IMG/VR virus record: IMGVR_UViG_3300042934_000565 | Location: 1,028-65,027 of that record | Length of the DNA stretch: 64,000 bases | Strand: one strand, 5' to 3' | Source of the DNA: a virus | Taxonomy: Duplodnaviria; Caudoviricetes | Part shown: positions 28,035 through 37,115 of the stretch, in pieces | How positions within the stretch are numbered: position 1 is the stretch's first letter | Layout: each line of letters begins with the position of its first letter | Notes under the pieces: generated by a model | The model's input: only the letters and a program-made list of their open reading frames with translations | What the model was told of the DNA's origin: nothing | The model's database searches: none | Made by a program: the position numbers and the translations under genes

Positions 28035-28346
28035 TCATTCAGTCGGTCCGGCCGGGGGAAAGAAAGACTGGATGGCGGTCTGAATGTGGGTGTCCGTGAC
28101 GGCACTCAGGTTAGCACCGGGCAACGGAGGCAAGGCAGCAATCGCCGCGTTTCGCACGCTCAGTGCATAGGCATAAACATCGGCCATGCTCTGTCCGGCA
28201 TCGACCTCGATACCGACAACCAGACCCATGTTCTGCTGAACCCAGTTGTTGGCATTAGGAACCCCCAGCATTTCTGCGGTGGCGATGGTTCGAGCGATGA
28301 GGTCACCATCGGATCGAGCAGAGATGTGTTCGGTAGTAGTAGCCAC
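28035..28346 (-). CDS. Hypothetical protein at the end of the tail operon
   Basis: GTG start with AGAGG RBS; AVTDTHIQTAIQ. Confidence 0.7.
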   Translation of the reverse strand: MATTTEHISARSDGDLIARTIATAEMLGVPNANNWVQQNMGLVVGIEVDAGQSMADVYAYALSVRNAAIAALPPLPGANLSAVTDTHIQTAIQSFFPPAGPTE

Positions 28347-28359
28347 TGTATTTCCTCTC

Positions 28360-30261
28360 TTACGCGGCCTTGACGATCCAGTTAACTACGAGGTACGGCT
28401 GCAGGTTGTTGTGCGCGCCACCACCTCCGGTGGCCGCCGGGTCCGTCCATGTCCCAGTGGGGGCGTTGTTGTGCGGGGGGATGCCGGTACCGGTCGTGAT
28501 GCTGCCAGCTGCAGTGGTGCGAATTAACCCGTTATCATGGGTATGGCTAGGCATCTCCGCCACGGATAGCGTGTGGGTCTTCGCACCACCAGTTTCACCG
28601 AGAGCGTTGAATTCTGTCTGACCGGTATCCTTACCCACCGGGACTCTACCCTTAAGGTTGGGCAGGTTGAATGTCGTAGAACCGTCACCGCTACCAAAGG
28701 TTGTACCCCAGAGCGCATACAGAATGCTATAGGTCACTCGAGATACTGCCTGACCTTGCATCAGTAGCCAACCCATTGGAGGAGTGTCAGTCATCCACAT
28801 CTCGACAGAACCGATTGGAGCCACTGCCCCATTCCGTGAGAAGATATCACCGGCGACATCGACCATGCCATTCTCGCGGAACTTGCCGAATCCCACACCG
28901 AGCTCAGCATCCCAGTGCATGAAGATGGCAGCCACCGGAACCTGAAGAATCGTGGCGGTGGTGATGAAGTCGTCGTAGACCTCCACCTTGACCTCATAGG
29001 CAGTGGTGATGGCGTAAGGTCCGGTGAGCAAAACATTGCTGTTGAACGTGAGACCACCCGGAGTAACGGTACTCTTTACCGTCCAGGTTGAGGTACCTCG
29101 AGTTCGAGTAGACAGTCGGTAGTTAAGCGCGTTACGCTGAGTGGTATTCATCAGCGACTGCACCGCAGCGTTCAGGTCAACCCGGATGTACGTGCCATCA
29201 TCCTCGTCGACTGTGCCCCCGGAAAGCGCTCGCCGAGCCGTTGCGGTTGTGATCGTAGGAGGCACATAGTTGAGGACGGTAATGCTGACCGTCTTGGTAG
29301 TGCTTCGACCTCGAGAGTCAGTTACCTTGCCGCGAAGAGTAATGGTTCCATCAGCACTGAGGGGAAGAGAAGTGCCAGACGAAGAGTTGATGGTCTGGAG
29401 AATCGTAGAACCCTTGAGGATCTCGATCTTGTAGGAGGTGATGGTTGACCCATAGTAACCTGCCGCACCAGTAATGGCGAGAGCCAACTTGCTGATGGTT
29501 TCAACATAAGCCCCGACATTCGAGGCAACGCCAGTGGTAGCTTCAGAATGGGTGATCGTTGTGAAGTCCGGAACTGCCGTAGACAGCGCTCCGATAACGA
29601 TGCCAACATCACTGTGACCAATAGAACTGCCATTGACGATGGTGTGGGTTCTGATGAATCCCGAACCCGAGGCAGAGTTGGGGAACTGGTTCAAGAGGGT
29701 CAGCGGAACGGCCCAGGTGGTCGAAGCCCCGACGCCGTTGGCAATGGTGCCAGATGCATTGCCGAAGAAGTATTCGATGTTATGAGTGAAGCTTGTGCTA
29801 GCGCGGTTGGTCACGATGGTGATTGTCTCACCAGCGTTGAAGATGTTATCGCCGTCAGCCGTAGGGACGGATGCTCGGGGGATTGTAGTCAGACCCATGG
29901 AGCCCGAGCATGATGCACTACCAATTAGAGTGCCACCACCAGCGGATGCCGAGAAGTTGATGTTCAGGCTACCATCGGCGTTGTGAGTTACGTTGATAGC
30001 GGGGTTAGCGCTATAGAGAACCAAAACGTCATAGTTTCGGAAGTCATAGGTTGTACTGCCCGAGGCCGTCTGACCATGTACATTCCAGGACCAGGTCAAG
30101 GCAGCAGACAGCGAGTACGACCCATTGCTCGAGGTCTCATTGATCCTGAGGTCTACCTGCAGAGCAGAGTAGTTACTACCTATGTTCTGTGAGTGCTGAT
30201 TGACCGTATGAACCAGCGAGTACTGAGACCGACCGCTGAATGCATCTGAAGCACTAGCCAA
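28360..30261 (-). CDS. Minor tail/fibre protein (DUF859-like N-terminus, tail-collar domain C-terminus)
   Basis: LTTIPRAS...SFTH; GWLLMQGQAVSRVTY...GDGSTTFNLPNLKGRVPVG; HNNLQPY. Confidence 0.85.
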   Translation of the reverse strand: MASASDAFSGRSQYSLVHTVNQHSQNIGSNYSALQVDLRINETSSNGSYSLSAALTWSWNVHGQTASGSTTYDFRNYDVLVLYSANPAINVTHNADGSLNINFSASAGGGTLIGSASCSGSMGLTTIPRASVPTADGDNIFNAGETITIVTNRASTSFTHNIEYFFGNASGTIANGVGASTTWAVPLTLLNQFPNSASGSGFIRTHTIVNGSSIGHSDVGIVIGALSTAVPDFTTITHSEATTGVASNVGAYVETISKLALAITGAAGYYGSTITSYKIEILKGSTILQTINSSSGTSLPLSADGTITLRGKVTDSRGRSTTKTVSITVLNYVPPTITTATARRALSGGTVDEDDGTYIRVDLNAAVQSLMNTTQRNALNYRLSTRTRGTSTWTVKSTVTPGGLTFNSNVLLTGPYAITTAYEVKVEVYDDFITTATILQVPVAAIFMHWDAELGVGFGKFRENGMVDVAGDIFSRNGAVAPIGSVEMWMTDTPPMGWLLMQGQAVSRVTYSILYALWGTTFGSGDGSTTFNLPNLKGRVPVGKDTGQTEFNALGETGGAKTHTLSVAEMPSHTHDNGLIRTTAAGSITTGTGIPPHNNAPTGTWTDPAATGGGGAHNNLQPYLVVNWIVKAA

Positions 30262-33200
30262 GAGCCCTCACCACCGTTCCTGTTCCGAACTTCTCCAGCT
30301 GGTGATTACCAAGTGTAACCTTTTCCCCAACGAACTGGTTAACATACATGGTACCAGAATTCCAGTAGGAGACGACGTTCCCGTTCTCCAACATCTCGAT
30401 TCTATCACTGCGAATAGCTGTCGCAAAAACCGAGCCGGGACTAGAGATTACCGCACCTTCAGCACCGAAGGCATAGTAAGTCTGCATCTCTGTCAGGTTA
30501 TCCTGAGTTCCTTGCAGGTTAGTCTCCACACCAGCGATCGTGTCCTGGGTGGCGACGATGGTAACGTTGCCCGCGATGTTGAGCTCATCACCAACCGCAG
30601 GCGATAGGTGGTTAGTTTCAACCGCGCCCGCCTGAATGTGGTTTGCAATGATGGCATTGGCGGCAATCTTCTCTGCCGTTACTGCTTCTGCTGCGATCTT
30701 CTCGGCAATGATGGCGGCAGCCTGAATCTTCTCAGCCGATACCGAGTTAGCCTGCAAGTGTTCAGCGACGATCGAGTTCGCCGCGACCTTGTCAGCAGTA
30801 ACCGACCCTGCGACGATGTCAACCCCACTGACCATCTTCAGCAGTCGGAAGTCATCGACGAAGTATACCGAAGTGTTAGTGGTGTCAGCGATCCAAACCT
30901 GGGGCTTGAAGTAGTTGATTCCCTCAGGCACTGTCCAGCTACCCATTACCATGATGTAACCGGCAGTGATCAGCTCACCAGAACCCTCAACCTCAGTAAT
31001 GGTACCGAGAGCAGTAGTTGCTCCCGACATCACTCGGATCACGAGGCCATCATCAGGAACCGTCGTCTGAGGATCGATGTACATCCGGAAGTAGAAGGTG
31101 TCACCAGGCTGGCAGGGGAGGACTCGATTATACTGGAAACCCTCTCGAGCAACTGTTGTTGCCGGCAGGCGAAGGTGACGAGTACCAGTACGAGGCAGCG
31201 TAGTAACGTTCGTGACCCCTGAGCCCAGCGTCCAGAACTCCGAAGTGTTGAGTTCGAAGCTGGCGTCACTGAGCATGTTCGACTGTTCAGCTGCAGCCCT
31301 GGCCGCTTCCTCGGCAGCCTCAATGGCTGCTTCAATCGCCGGGTCAAGATCGCCGAGGTCAACCCCCGTAATCGTGATCGGACCCGCCGTGGCGGATACC
31401 GTCGAAAGGATGCCCGCTCCGTCAACCGCGGTGAATCGAACCCATCGCTGTGCGCCAATGGTCTCACCGGGGATGCTGATCTGACCCGCACCAGTAAGAA
31501 CGTTACCCTTACGAACCCAGGGCTGACCAGTTGCTGCGGTGGAAACCTCGGCATAAAGGTATCGGAACTGAGGCGGAGGAGTGGCACTTGCAATCTGCCC
31601 ATTCCAGGCAGCGATCAGAAGACCCAGCTCGCTTGCAAGCGTAGGTGTGGAGGGGGCCCCCATCGGAACGGTCGGACCCGCGACGGTGAAGGATACCGAG
31701 GCCGACCAGTCGGAGGGAGTAGTATCTTCGTTGATCGCTCGAACCTGGAAAACCCACTGATCGGTTGGCACCAGGGCCCGAATGGTGATGTCCGACGAGG
31801 TTACAAAGCCATAGCTTACGAAGTTCGAGCTACCGTTTCGCCAGCCCCATACCTCATAGTACGTCGGGGTAGTTGCCGTCAGGTCAGTGTTCTGGGTAAC
31901 AGGGTTCCAGTCAAGTACCACCTGACCGCTGGCCGTAACTCCATTGGGAGTCCAGTAACCGACGTTGGAAGTTACCGCAAGCCCCGTAGGGGCCATGGGC
32001 TTAAGGACTGCCGGGGTAGCAGGCGGCGGAATGACGATCGGCTGTCCCACACCAGGGGTCGAGCCGGAGACGTTTGCCAGCGAACCACCAACCCCGCCAC
32101 CACCGAGCTTCTCGATAACCCGATTGATTCGATCCTCGTTGTTTCGGAAGATCGTATCGAACTCGATGGTGTAGATGACGCGGCCAGCATCGTTCTCAGT
32201 GACGGCGATCGACATCACCCGGCGAGGGACAGGTACTCCACGATCGTTAGGGGCCAGCACCCAGTCACCAATGTTGAAGTCTACGAACGGTACATACTCA
32301 TCGAAGATAAGGTCGTAGCTGGCACCCTCTTCTTCTCGAGCTCGTTGAGCGAATACCAGGCTGGCGATTTTCCCGGCGAAAACAGCCGGAACATTCGTAT
32401 CAAGGGTTGACTCGAGGCGACCATAGATTCCTACCGAAGCCGAGTCAGAAGCTTCTACCCATCCCTCGATTGTCTTAAGCAGGAGGTCGTTCTTGATCTT
32501 CGCCTTGCTCTGAGTCGACGCAGTTCGAAGGTGCTTACCCAGTTTGAACTCGATGGGAGTAGCAGTAATCGTGCGAGTAGCGAGAGTGGTCATCGACGCG
32601 TTAGGGGTACCGGCCCAGGCAATTTGCGCCGAGGGGGTATCAGGAAGGTCACCACTGAGCGCCCCATTATCGACACTGCCAACCTCAAAGACAATGTTCT
32701 TGATAATTGCCGTAGAGTTAAGTGCCGCAGTCTGACGAAGTAAATAGACGGTGCCCCTAGCAGAGCTGTTGGTGGTGAAGGTGAACGACAGTCGCTTGGT
32801 TTGACCTACTCCTACAGAAGTATAAGGGCTATTAACATGTGTTGTAACCCAGCTTCCTTGAGCACTAAGTCGCCAGCCATCAGCAACTACCCCAATGACA
32901 TCCATACTGACGGTATAAGTTTGAACTCCGACCTGGTAATCAACATTGCCAGCCAGATTTACCCCAGAGTCTCCCACTCCCCCAGCGGTAGCCGTGACTC
33001 GAAGTCCCTTAGTAGCGGAGTCGAAAGCGATGACCGCAGAGTTAGCAACGAAGAAGTTTGCAATGTCCGTCGCCGTGTCACCCATCGGCTTCGTCATGCG
33101 GTTAGTGCGACGAACTGAGTAACTGCCACCCTGGTACTGGGTACGATCTACTCCTCGTACGGGCAGCATGTTGAGTTCGAGGGTATCAGGGTCGATCCAG

Positions 33201-34414
33201 ATGTCGACCGAAGCTTCCTCGAGCTTACTCACTACCGAGAGAAGTGACTCACCTACTGCGAAGCTCCACTCGCCGTACATCGATGTAGGCCAGGGTACTC
33301 CATTGGAGTCGAGGGTGTTAGTGAAGGTTTTGGTCAGGTAGGTAAGGGACTCTACCCCTCGAGCTACTGCCTCAGCGATGAGGTCACTCAGCACTTCACC
33401 GGGCGACCATCCCGGAGCCTCGGCCGGGTATGCAAGAACCTTCCAGCCAGAGGACTGGGACCTACCTACGAAGGATTCCTTGTCGGTACCAGTAATCTTG
33501 GCAATCGCCATGGCCAGAGCAGCCGGGCCCTCATATCCAGGGGCATTCAAGTTGTGTGCGCGGTAGGCAATCACATGACTACCTGCGGTGAGGTCGATTT
33601 CTACTCGAGTAGCTTCTCGCCAGGAGGCCGACTTCTCCGAGCTCTTGGCGATCTGCTCACCATCGACGTACAACTGGAATACATCGTCTACCGAACTGTA
33701 GATGGCATACCGACCAGATGAAGCCAGTGTGATGGTGTAGCGAAAGTATACATCCCCATAGGGCATGGTCGCACTGTAAGCGGAACCCCAGATCCACTCA
33801 GCGTTCTTGGCACCCGAGGGCCACTTGTTCGGTATCTCATAGTGGGTCTTGGAACCCACCGTGCTAAAGACGTTAGGAGCGATCCAGCTTGCCGAGTTGT
33901 ACCAGGAACCGACCTCGCTGGCGAAGTTGAAGTATCGTGTGGAACTGGATGTCTGCTTGATTCCCCCGAACGGTTCGACGCGCGCATCATCGAACAGTTG
34001 CTTCAGGCCGGGGCCTGCAGGCTTCCAAGCGATCTCTGAGCGTTCTCCCGCCCCGACGATGATCGATTCTTTATCACCGATCAGGAAGGCGCCTACAGGC
34101 GTTCCGTCGACAAGGAGCTTGCACATATTGCGACCCTTGAGAAGGAGAGGATCCTTCACGATCTTAGGGTCACTACGGGAAATGGCGAAAGAACCGCCAC
34201 CCACTGCCTTCATCTCAGCGAGAGCGGTGGGAGCCTTACGGAAAGGCAGGATGCCATAGGGCGTGGTGTAATCGTCGTACTTGTAGATCTGAAGCTGGAT
34301 GCCAGTGCTGTTTGATACTACCGGCAGGGGTTCGGGATCGGTTCCCTCTTCAGAGACACCAAAGACTCCGCCTCCCACACCATAAACGCTGGAACCCGAA
34401 CCTCCATAAGTCAT
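30254..34414 (-). CDS. Large tail-tip/central fibre protein (PA14/CBM-like, FN3, beta-repeat)
   Basis: 1386 aa downstream of Dit; VDDVFQLYVDG; PMAPTGL FN3; repeated xAEKIxA units. Confidence 0.85.
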   Translation of the reverse strand: MTYGGSGSSVYGVGGGVFGVSEEGTDPEPLPVVSNSTGIQLQIYKYDDYTTPYGILPFRKAPTALAEMKAVGGGSFAISRSDPKIVKDPLLLKGRNMCKLLVDGTPVGAFLIGDKESIIVGAGERSEIAWKPAGPGLKQLFDDARVEPFGGIKQTSSSTRYFNFASEVGSWYNSASWIAPNVFSTVGSKTHYEIPNKWPSGAKNAEWIWGSAYSATMPYGDVYFRYTITLASSGRYAIYSSVDDVFQLYVDGEQIAKSSEKSASWREATRVEIDLTAGSHVIAYRAHNLNAPGYEGPAALAMAIAKITGTDKESFVGRSQSSGWKVLAYPAEAPGWSPGEVLSDLIAEAVARGVESLTYLTKTFTNTLDSNGVPWPTSMYGEWSFAVGESLLSVVSKLEEASVDIWIDPDTLELNMLPVRGVDRTQYQGGSYSVRRTNRMTKPMGDTATDIANFFVANSAVIAFDSATKGLRVTATAGGVGDSGVNLAGNVDYQVGVQTYTVSMDVIGVVADGWRLSAQGSWVTTHVNSPYTSVGVGQTKRLSFTFTTNSSARGTVYLLRQTAALNSTAIIKNIVFEVGSVDNGALSGDLPDTPSAQIAWAGTPNASMTTLATRTITATPIEFKLGKHLRTASTQSKAKIKNDLLLKTIEGWVEASDSASVGIYGRLESTLDTNVPAVFAGKIASLVFAQRAREEEGASYDLIFDEYVPFVDFNIGDWVLAPNDRGVPVPRRVMSIAVTENDAGRVIYTIEFDTIFRNNEDRINRVIEKLGGGGVGGSLANVSGSTPGVGQPIVIPPPATPAVLKPMAPTGLAVTSNVGYWTPNGVTASGQVVLDWNPVTQNTDLTATTPTYYEVWGWRNGSSNFVSYGFVTSSDITIRALVPTDQWVFQVRAINEDTTPSDWSASVSFTVAGPTVPMGAPSTPTLASELGLLIAAWNGQIASATPPPQFRYLYAEVSTAATGQPWVRKGNVLTGAGQISIPGETIGAQRWVRFTAVDGAGILSTVSATAGPITITGVDLGDLDPAIEAAIEAAEEAARAAAEQSNMLSDASFELNTSEFWTLGSGVTNVTTLPRTGTRHLRLPATTVAREGFQYNRVLPCQPGDTFYFRMYIDPQTTVPDDGLVIRVMSGATTALGTITEVEGSGELITAGYIMVMGSWTVPEGINYFKPQVWIADTTNTSVYFVDDFRLLKMVSGVDIVAGSVTADKVAANSIVAEHLQANSVSAEKIQAAAIIAEKIAAEAVTAEKIAANAIIANHIQAGAVETNHLSPAVGDELNIAGNVTIVATQDTIAGVETNLQGTQDNLTEMQTYYAFGAEGAVISSPGSVFATAIRSDRIEMLENGNVVSYWNSGTMYVNQFVGEKVTLGNHQLEKFGTGTVVRALG

Positions 34415-34416
34415 GG

Positions 34417-34761
34417 TCAGTTAACTCCATCGAACTTAGCCAGGGCCATGCGGTCCAGGCGACGGATAGCGCGAGCAATGTCCTTGATGTAGCTTGCCGG
34501 TGACGCATTGATTGTCGCGTTTGCCGTGTCGATGATCGTCTGCATCGCCGCGAGGTCCTGCACGATGTTCGCTTCGATCGCGCCCTTGTTGGTTGCTTCG
34601 GTGAGCTGCGTGGCTTCTGCAACCGCGCGAGCGTTCTCTTCCGTCGTGTACGGGCGAGTGGAGAGCTGCACACCGGCAGGGTCGTAAGTGCGGTACGTGC
34701 GTGTCGCGTCGTCCCAGATTTCTCGGAGGACACCCTCGGCGTCGTAGGTACGGAAGCTCAT
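34417..34761 (-). CDS. Tail-associated hypothetical protein
   Basis: Coupled ORF; RTYD repeats and coiled coil. Confidence 0.7.
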   Translation of the reverse strand: MSFRTYDAEGVLREIWDDATRTYRTYDPAGVQLSTRPYTTEENARAVAEATQLTEATNKGAIEANIVQDLAAMQTIIDTANATINASPASYIKDIARAIRRLDRMALAKFDGVN

Positions 34762-36254
34762 GTCAGTCTCCTAAGTGCAACTGCAGTCGAGAAGGTGGTA
34801 CCCTCCAGCATGGCCTTGCTCCTGCCGCCGACGGTGTCTGTGCCGATGAGCGGGGTCGGTCCGCCCGTGGCGATCACGCCCCAGACTCGTGCGACCGAGG
34901 CACTGCCCTCGGCTTCGATGTAGAGACCGTCGGCAGGAATGGAGATGGGAGCATCGAGGAGCTTTGTGATGATGCCCACGGCGGTGGGATCGTACACCAC
35001 CGTCGAGATGACCGTCGTCGAGGGACGGAAGTTCGTCGGATCCACTTCGAGAAGTCGGATCGTGATCGTGTCCCCGACGCCGCCGATGGTCGTGATCTTC
35101 AAGAGCGTCGCGTCGTACGTCCCCGGCATGTAGGGGAAGTAGATTGGCGGGCCACCAGGAATCTTCGCCGCCGCGCTGATAGCAGTGATGAACGGGGACG
35201 GTACCCACTCGTCGATGGCAGGGATAGCGGTAGCTACGACGCCGCCACCGCCACTCGGTGCAGGGATCCACTTCAGACCGGTCACCTCCGCGCTGTCGGC
35301 AGAGAGGACCTGGCCGTTGGTACCTGCCTGAAGACGAGTCACCGAGTCATCGGCTAGACCGACGAGGAGATCACCCTTGGCGTTGATGAGGCTTTCGGGA
35401 ATACCCGAAGCACCAGAGGGGGCAGCGATATCGATGGTCCAGGTATTTGCCGCCCGCTTGATTGCTACCGCTCGTCGCCATTGCGGAGCGACTAGAGTGG
35501 CTCCGTTAACCGTTGCTCCAGTGCCCGCGCCGAATGTCGCAGAACCAGCGCCGATGATCAGGAAGTCGATCCAGGCCCCGATGGGGAAGGCTACTGCCGA
35601 GTCCTGGGGAAGGCTGACGGCGATGGCTGCCGCGTTGCTCAGGGTCACCAGTTTACCCTGGTCGGTGAGTACCGGGGTGTATGATGTCCCAGTCTGAGCA
35701 TTGACCCCGACATACAGGCCTCGAGTTGCGAGCAGACCCGCAGCAGTGATTGCTCGTGTCGTATCGGTACCGGCTGTCGCCTCAGCAGTTGTCGCGAGTT
35801 CGACAGCTCCCTGAGCAGTTGCGGTGGCAGCGGGGACAGCGGCCGGAACGGCAGTAGCGAAGTCCGAAATCTGAGCGGCGGTGTGGGTGTGCGAGCTCGC
35901 GGCCTTGGTATCTGCGACAGTCTTCAGTCCGGCGGGAGTGACGGCCCGGGCGGTATCTGTACCAGTCGTCGCCTCAGCCGTCGTGGCAAGCTCGACGATG
36001 CCGGCAGCTGTCTCAGAAGCGGCGGCAACCGAAAGGACAGTTCCAGTGATGCTGAGGGGGGCGGAGAAGCTCAATGCCACCCATGCACTCGCGGAGTCGT
36101 CCCAGAAGACGATTCGATCTGCACCGGGGTCAGCGAAGGCCTCGACCTTGCCATTGTTCAACGCAGTGAGGGCATCGTTGATCTTCTGGGCCCAGTTACC
36201 CGTTGTGGGGTAATCGGGAGTTGTTCCCGGAACCGGTAGATCAAGGGTTGTCAT
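34758..36254 (-). CDS. Tail fibre / minor tail protein
   Basis: Two GxVELATTAEATxGTDTxRAxTxAGL repeats; NAQTGTSYT; AKGDLLVG. Confidence 0.85.
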   Translation of the reverse strand: MTTLDLPVPGTTPDYPTTGNWAQKINDALTALNNGKVEAFADPGADRIVFWDDSASAWVALSFSAPLSITGTVLSVAAASETAAGIVELATTAEATTGTDTARAVTPAGLKTVADTKAASSHTHTAAQISDFATAVPAAVPAATATAQGAVELATTAEATAGTDTTRAITAAGLLATRGLYVGVNAQTGTSYTPVLTDQGKLVTLSNAAAIAVSLPQDSAVAFPIGAWIDFLIIGAGSATFGAGTGATVNGATLVAPQWRRAVAIKRAANTWTIDIAAPSGASGIPESLINAKGDLLVGLADDSVTRLQAGTNGQVLSADSAEVTGLKWIPAPSGGGGVVATAIPAIDEWVPSPFITAISAAAKIPGGPPIYFPYMPGTYDATLLKITTIGGVGDTITIRLLEVDPTNFRPSTTVISTVVYDPTAVGIITKLLDAPISIPADGLYIEAEGSASVARVWGVIATGGPTPLIGTDTVGGRSKAMLEGTTFSTAVALRRLT

Positions 36255-36280
36255 GTGAAACTCCTTCTGTGATGACTATA

Positions 36281-37114
36281 TCAGACCCAAGCGCCCCGAG
36301 CCTGGAGGCTTACTATTCCGATGCCACTGGAGGAACTGAGTTCAATAATGTTGGTACCCGGTTCGAGCTGCATCCACTGGTATGACCCTGAGTGAATGAT
36401 CCGAGACGAGACATCATATTCCACACCCGAGGAGGGCTGGAAGGTGGCGTCATAGGTCCGAGGGTTGATTTCTACCGAGTCGCCCGACAGCACAACTTCG
36501 GGAGATGTAAACTGGATACCATTGGTGAGGTTCCGAATGGTGACGTTACTACGAGAACCGGTGATGGTGAACAACATGTTCAGTGTCGGGGCATTACCCG
36601 GGACGATGATGGTGTTGTTACCATTAACCAGGTTCGTCGAAAACAGGGCATCGTCATAGAAGAACGGATCGGCCAGGATAAGATCGATAACGCAGCGACC
36701 CGCAGCAGGTCCGATCATAATGGGTTCCATACCAGAAGCGTAGGCAGCCAAGGCAGTTGCCGAAACGACCCCCGCACCATATGTATCGTAGAACCGCTTG
36801 GTCAGTTGGAACTGCTTCCCGCCTTTCCAAAGCAGGCGAACCAGATCGTTGTAGTTCTTCATGTACTGGGCTTTGGTAGCAGCAACTGCGCTGTTGCCCG
36901 CATCCTGAGCTACACCCCGAAGCCACATACCCAGCGAGTACGTGTTCTGATCTGCGGTTTTGCTGACGTGACGCGCCCCGGGATACAGGGGAACGATGAC
37001 GTTCTCTCCTCGCATAGCCGGCGGACCATTACCTCCGAGGGTCTCGATCGACCTCGCGTAGGTGTGGAGGCTTTGACCGTCGGCCTGCCAGTAGGTCTCA
37101 GTGTTGTTCGGCAT
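36281..37114 (-). CDS. Distal tail protein (Dit-like)
   Basis: Immediately after the TMP; ADPFFY, LEPGTNII. Confidence 0.85.
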   Translation of the reverse strand: MPNNTETYWQADGQSLHTYARSIETLGGNGPPAMRGENVIVPLYPGARHVSKTADQNTYSLGMWLRGVAQDAGNSAVAATKAQYMKNYNDLVRLLWKGGKQFQLTKRFYDTYGAGVVSATALAAYASGMEPIMIGPAAGRCVIDLILADPFFYDDALFSTNLVNGNNTIIVPGNAPTLNMLFTITGSRSNVTIRNLTNGIQFTSPEVVLSGDSVEINPRTYDATFQPSSGVEYDVSSRIIHSGSYQWMQLEPGTNIIELSSSSGIGIVSLQARGAWV

Positions 37115-37115
37115 G

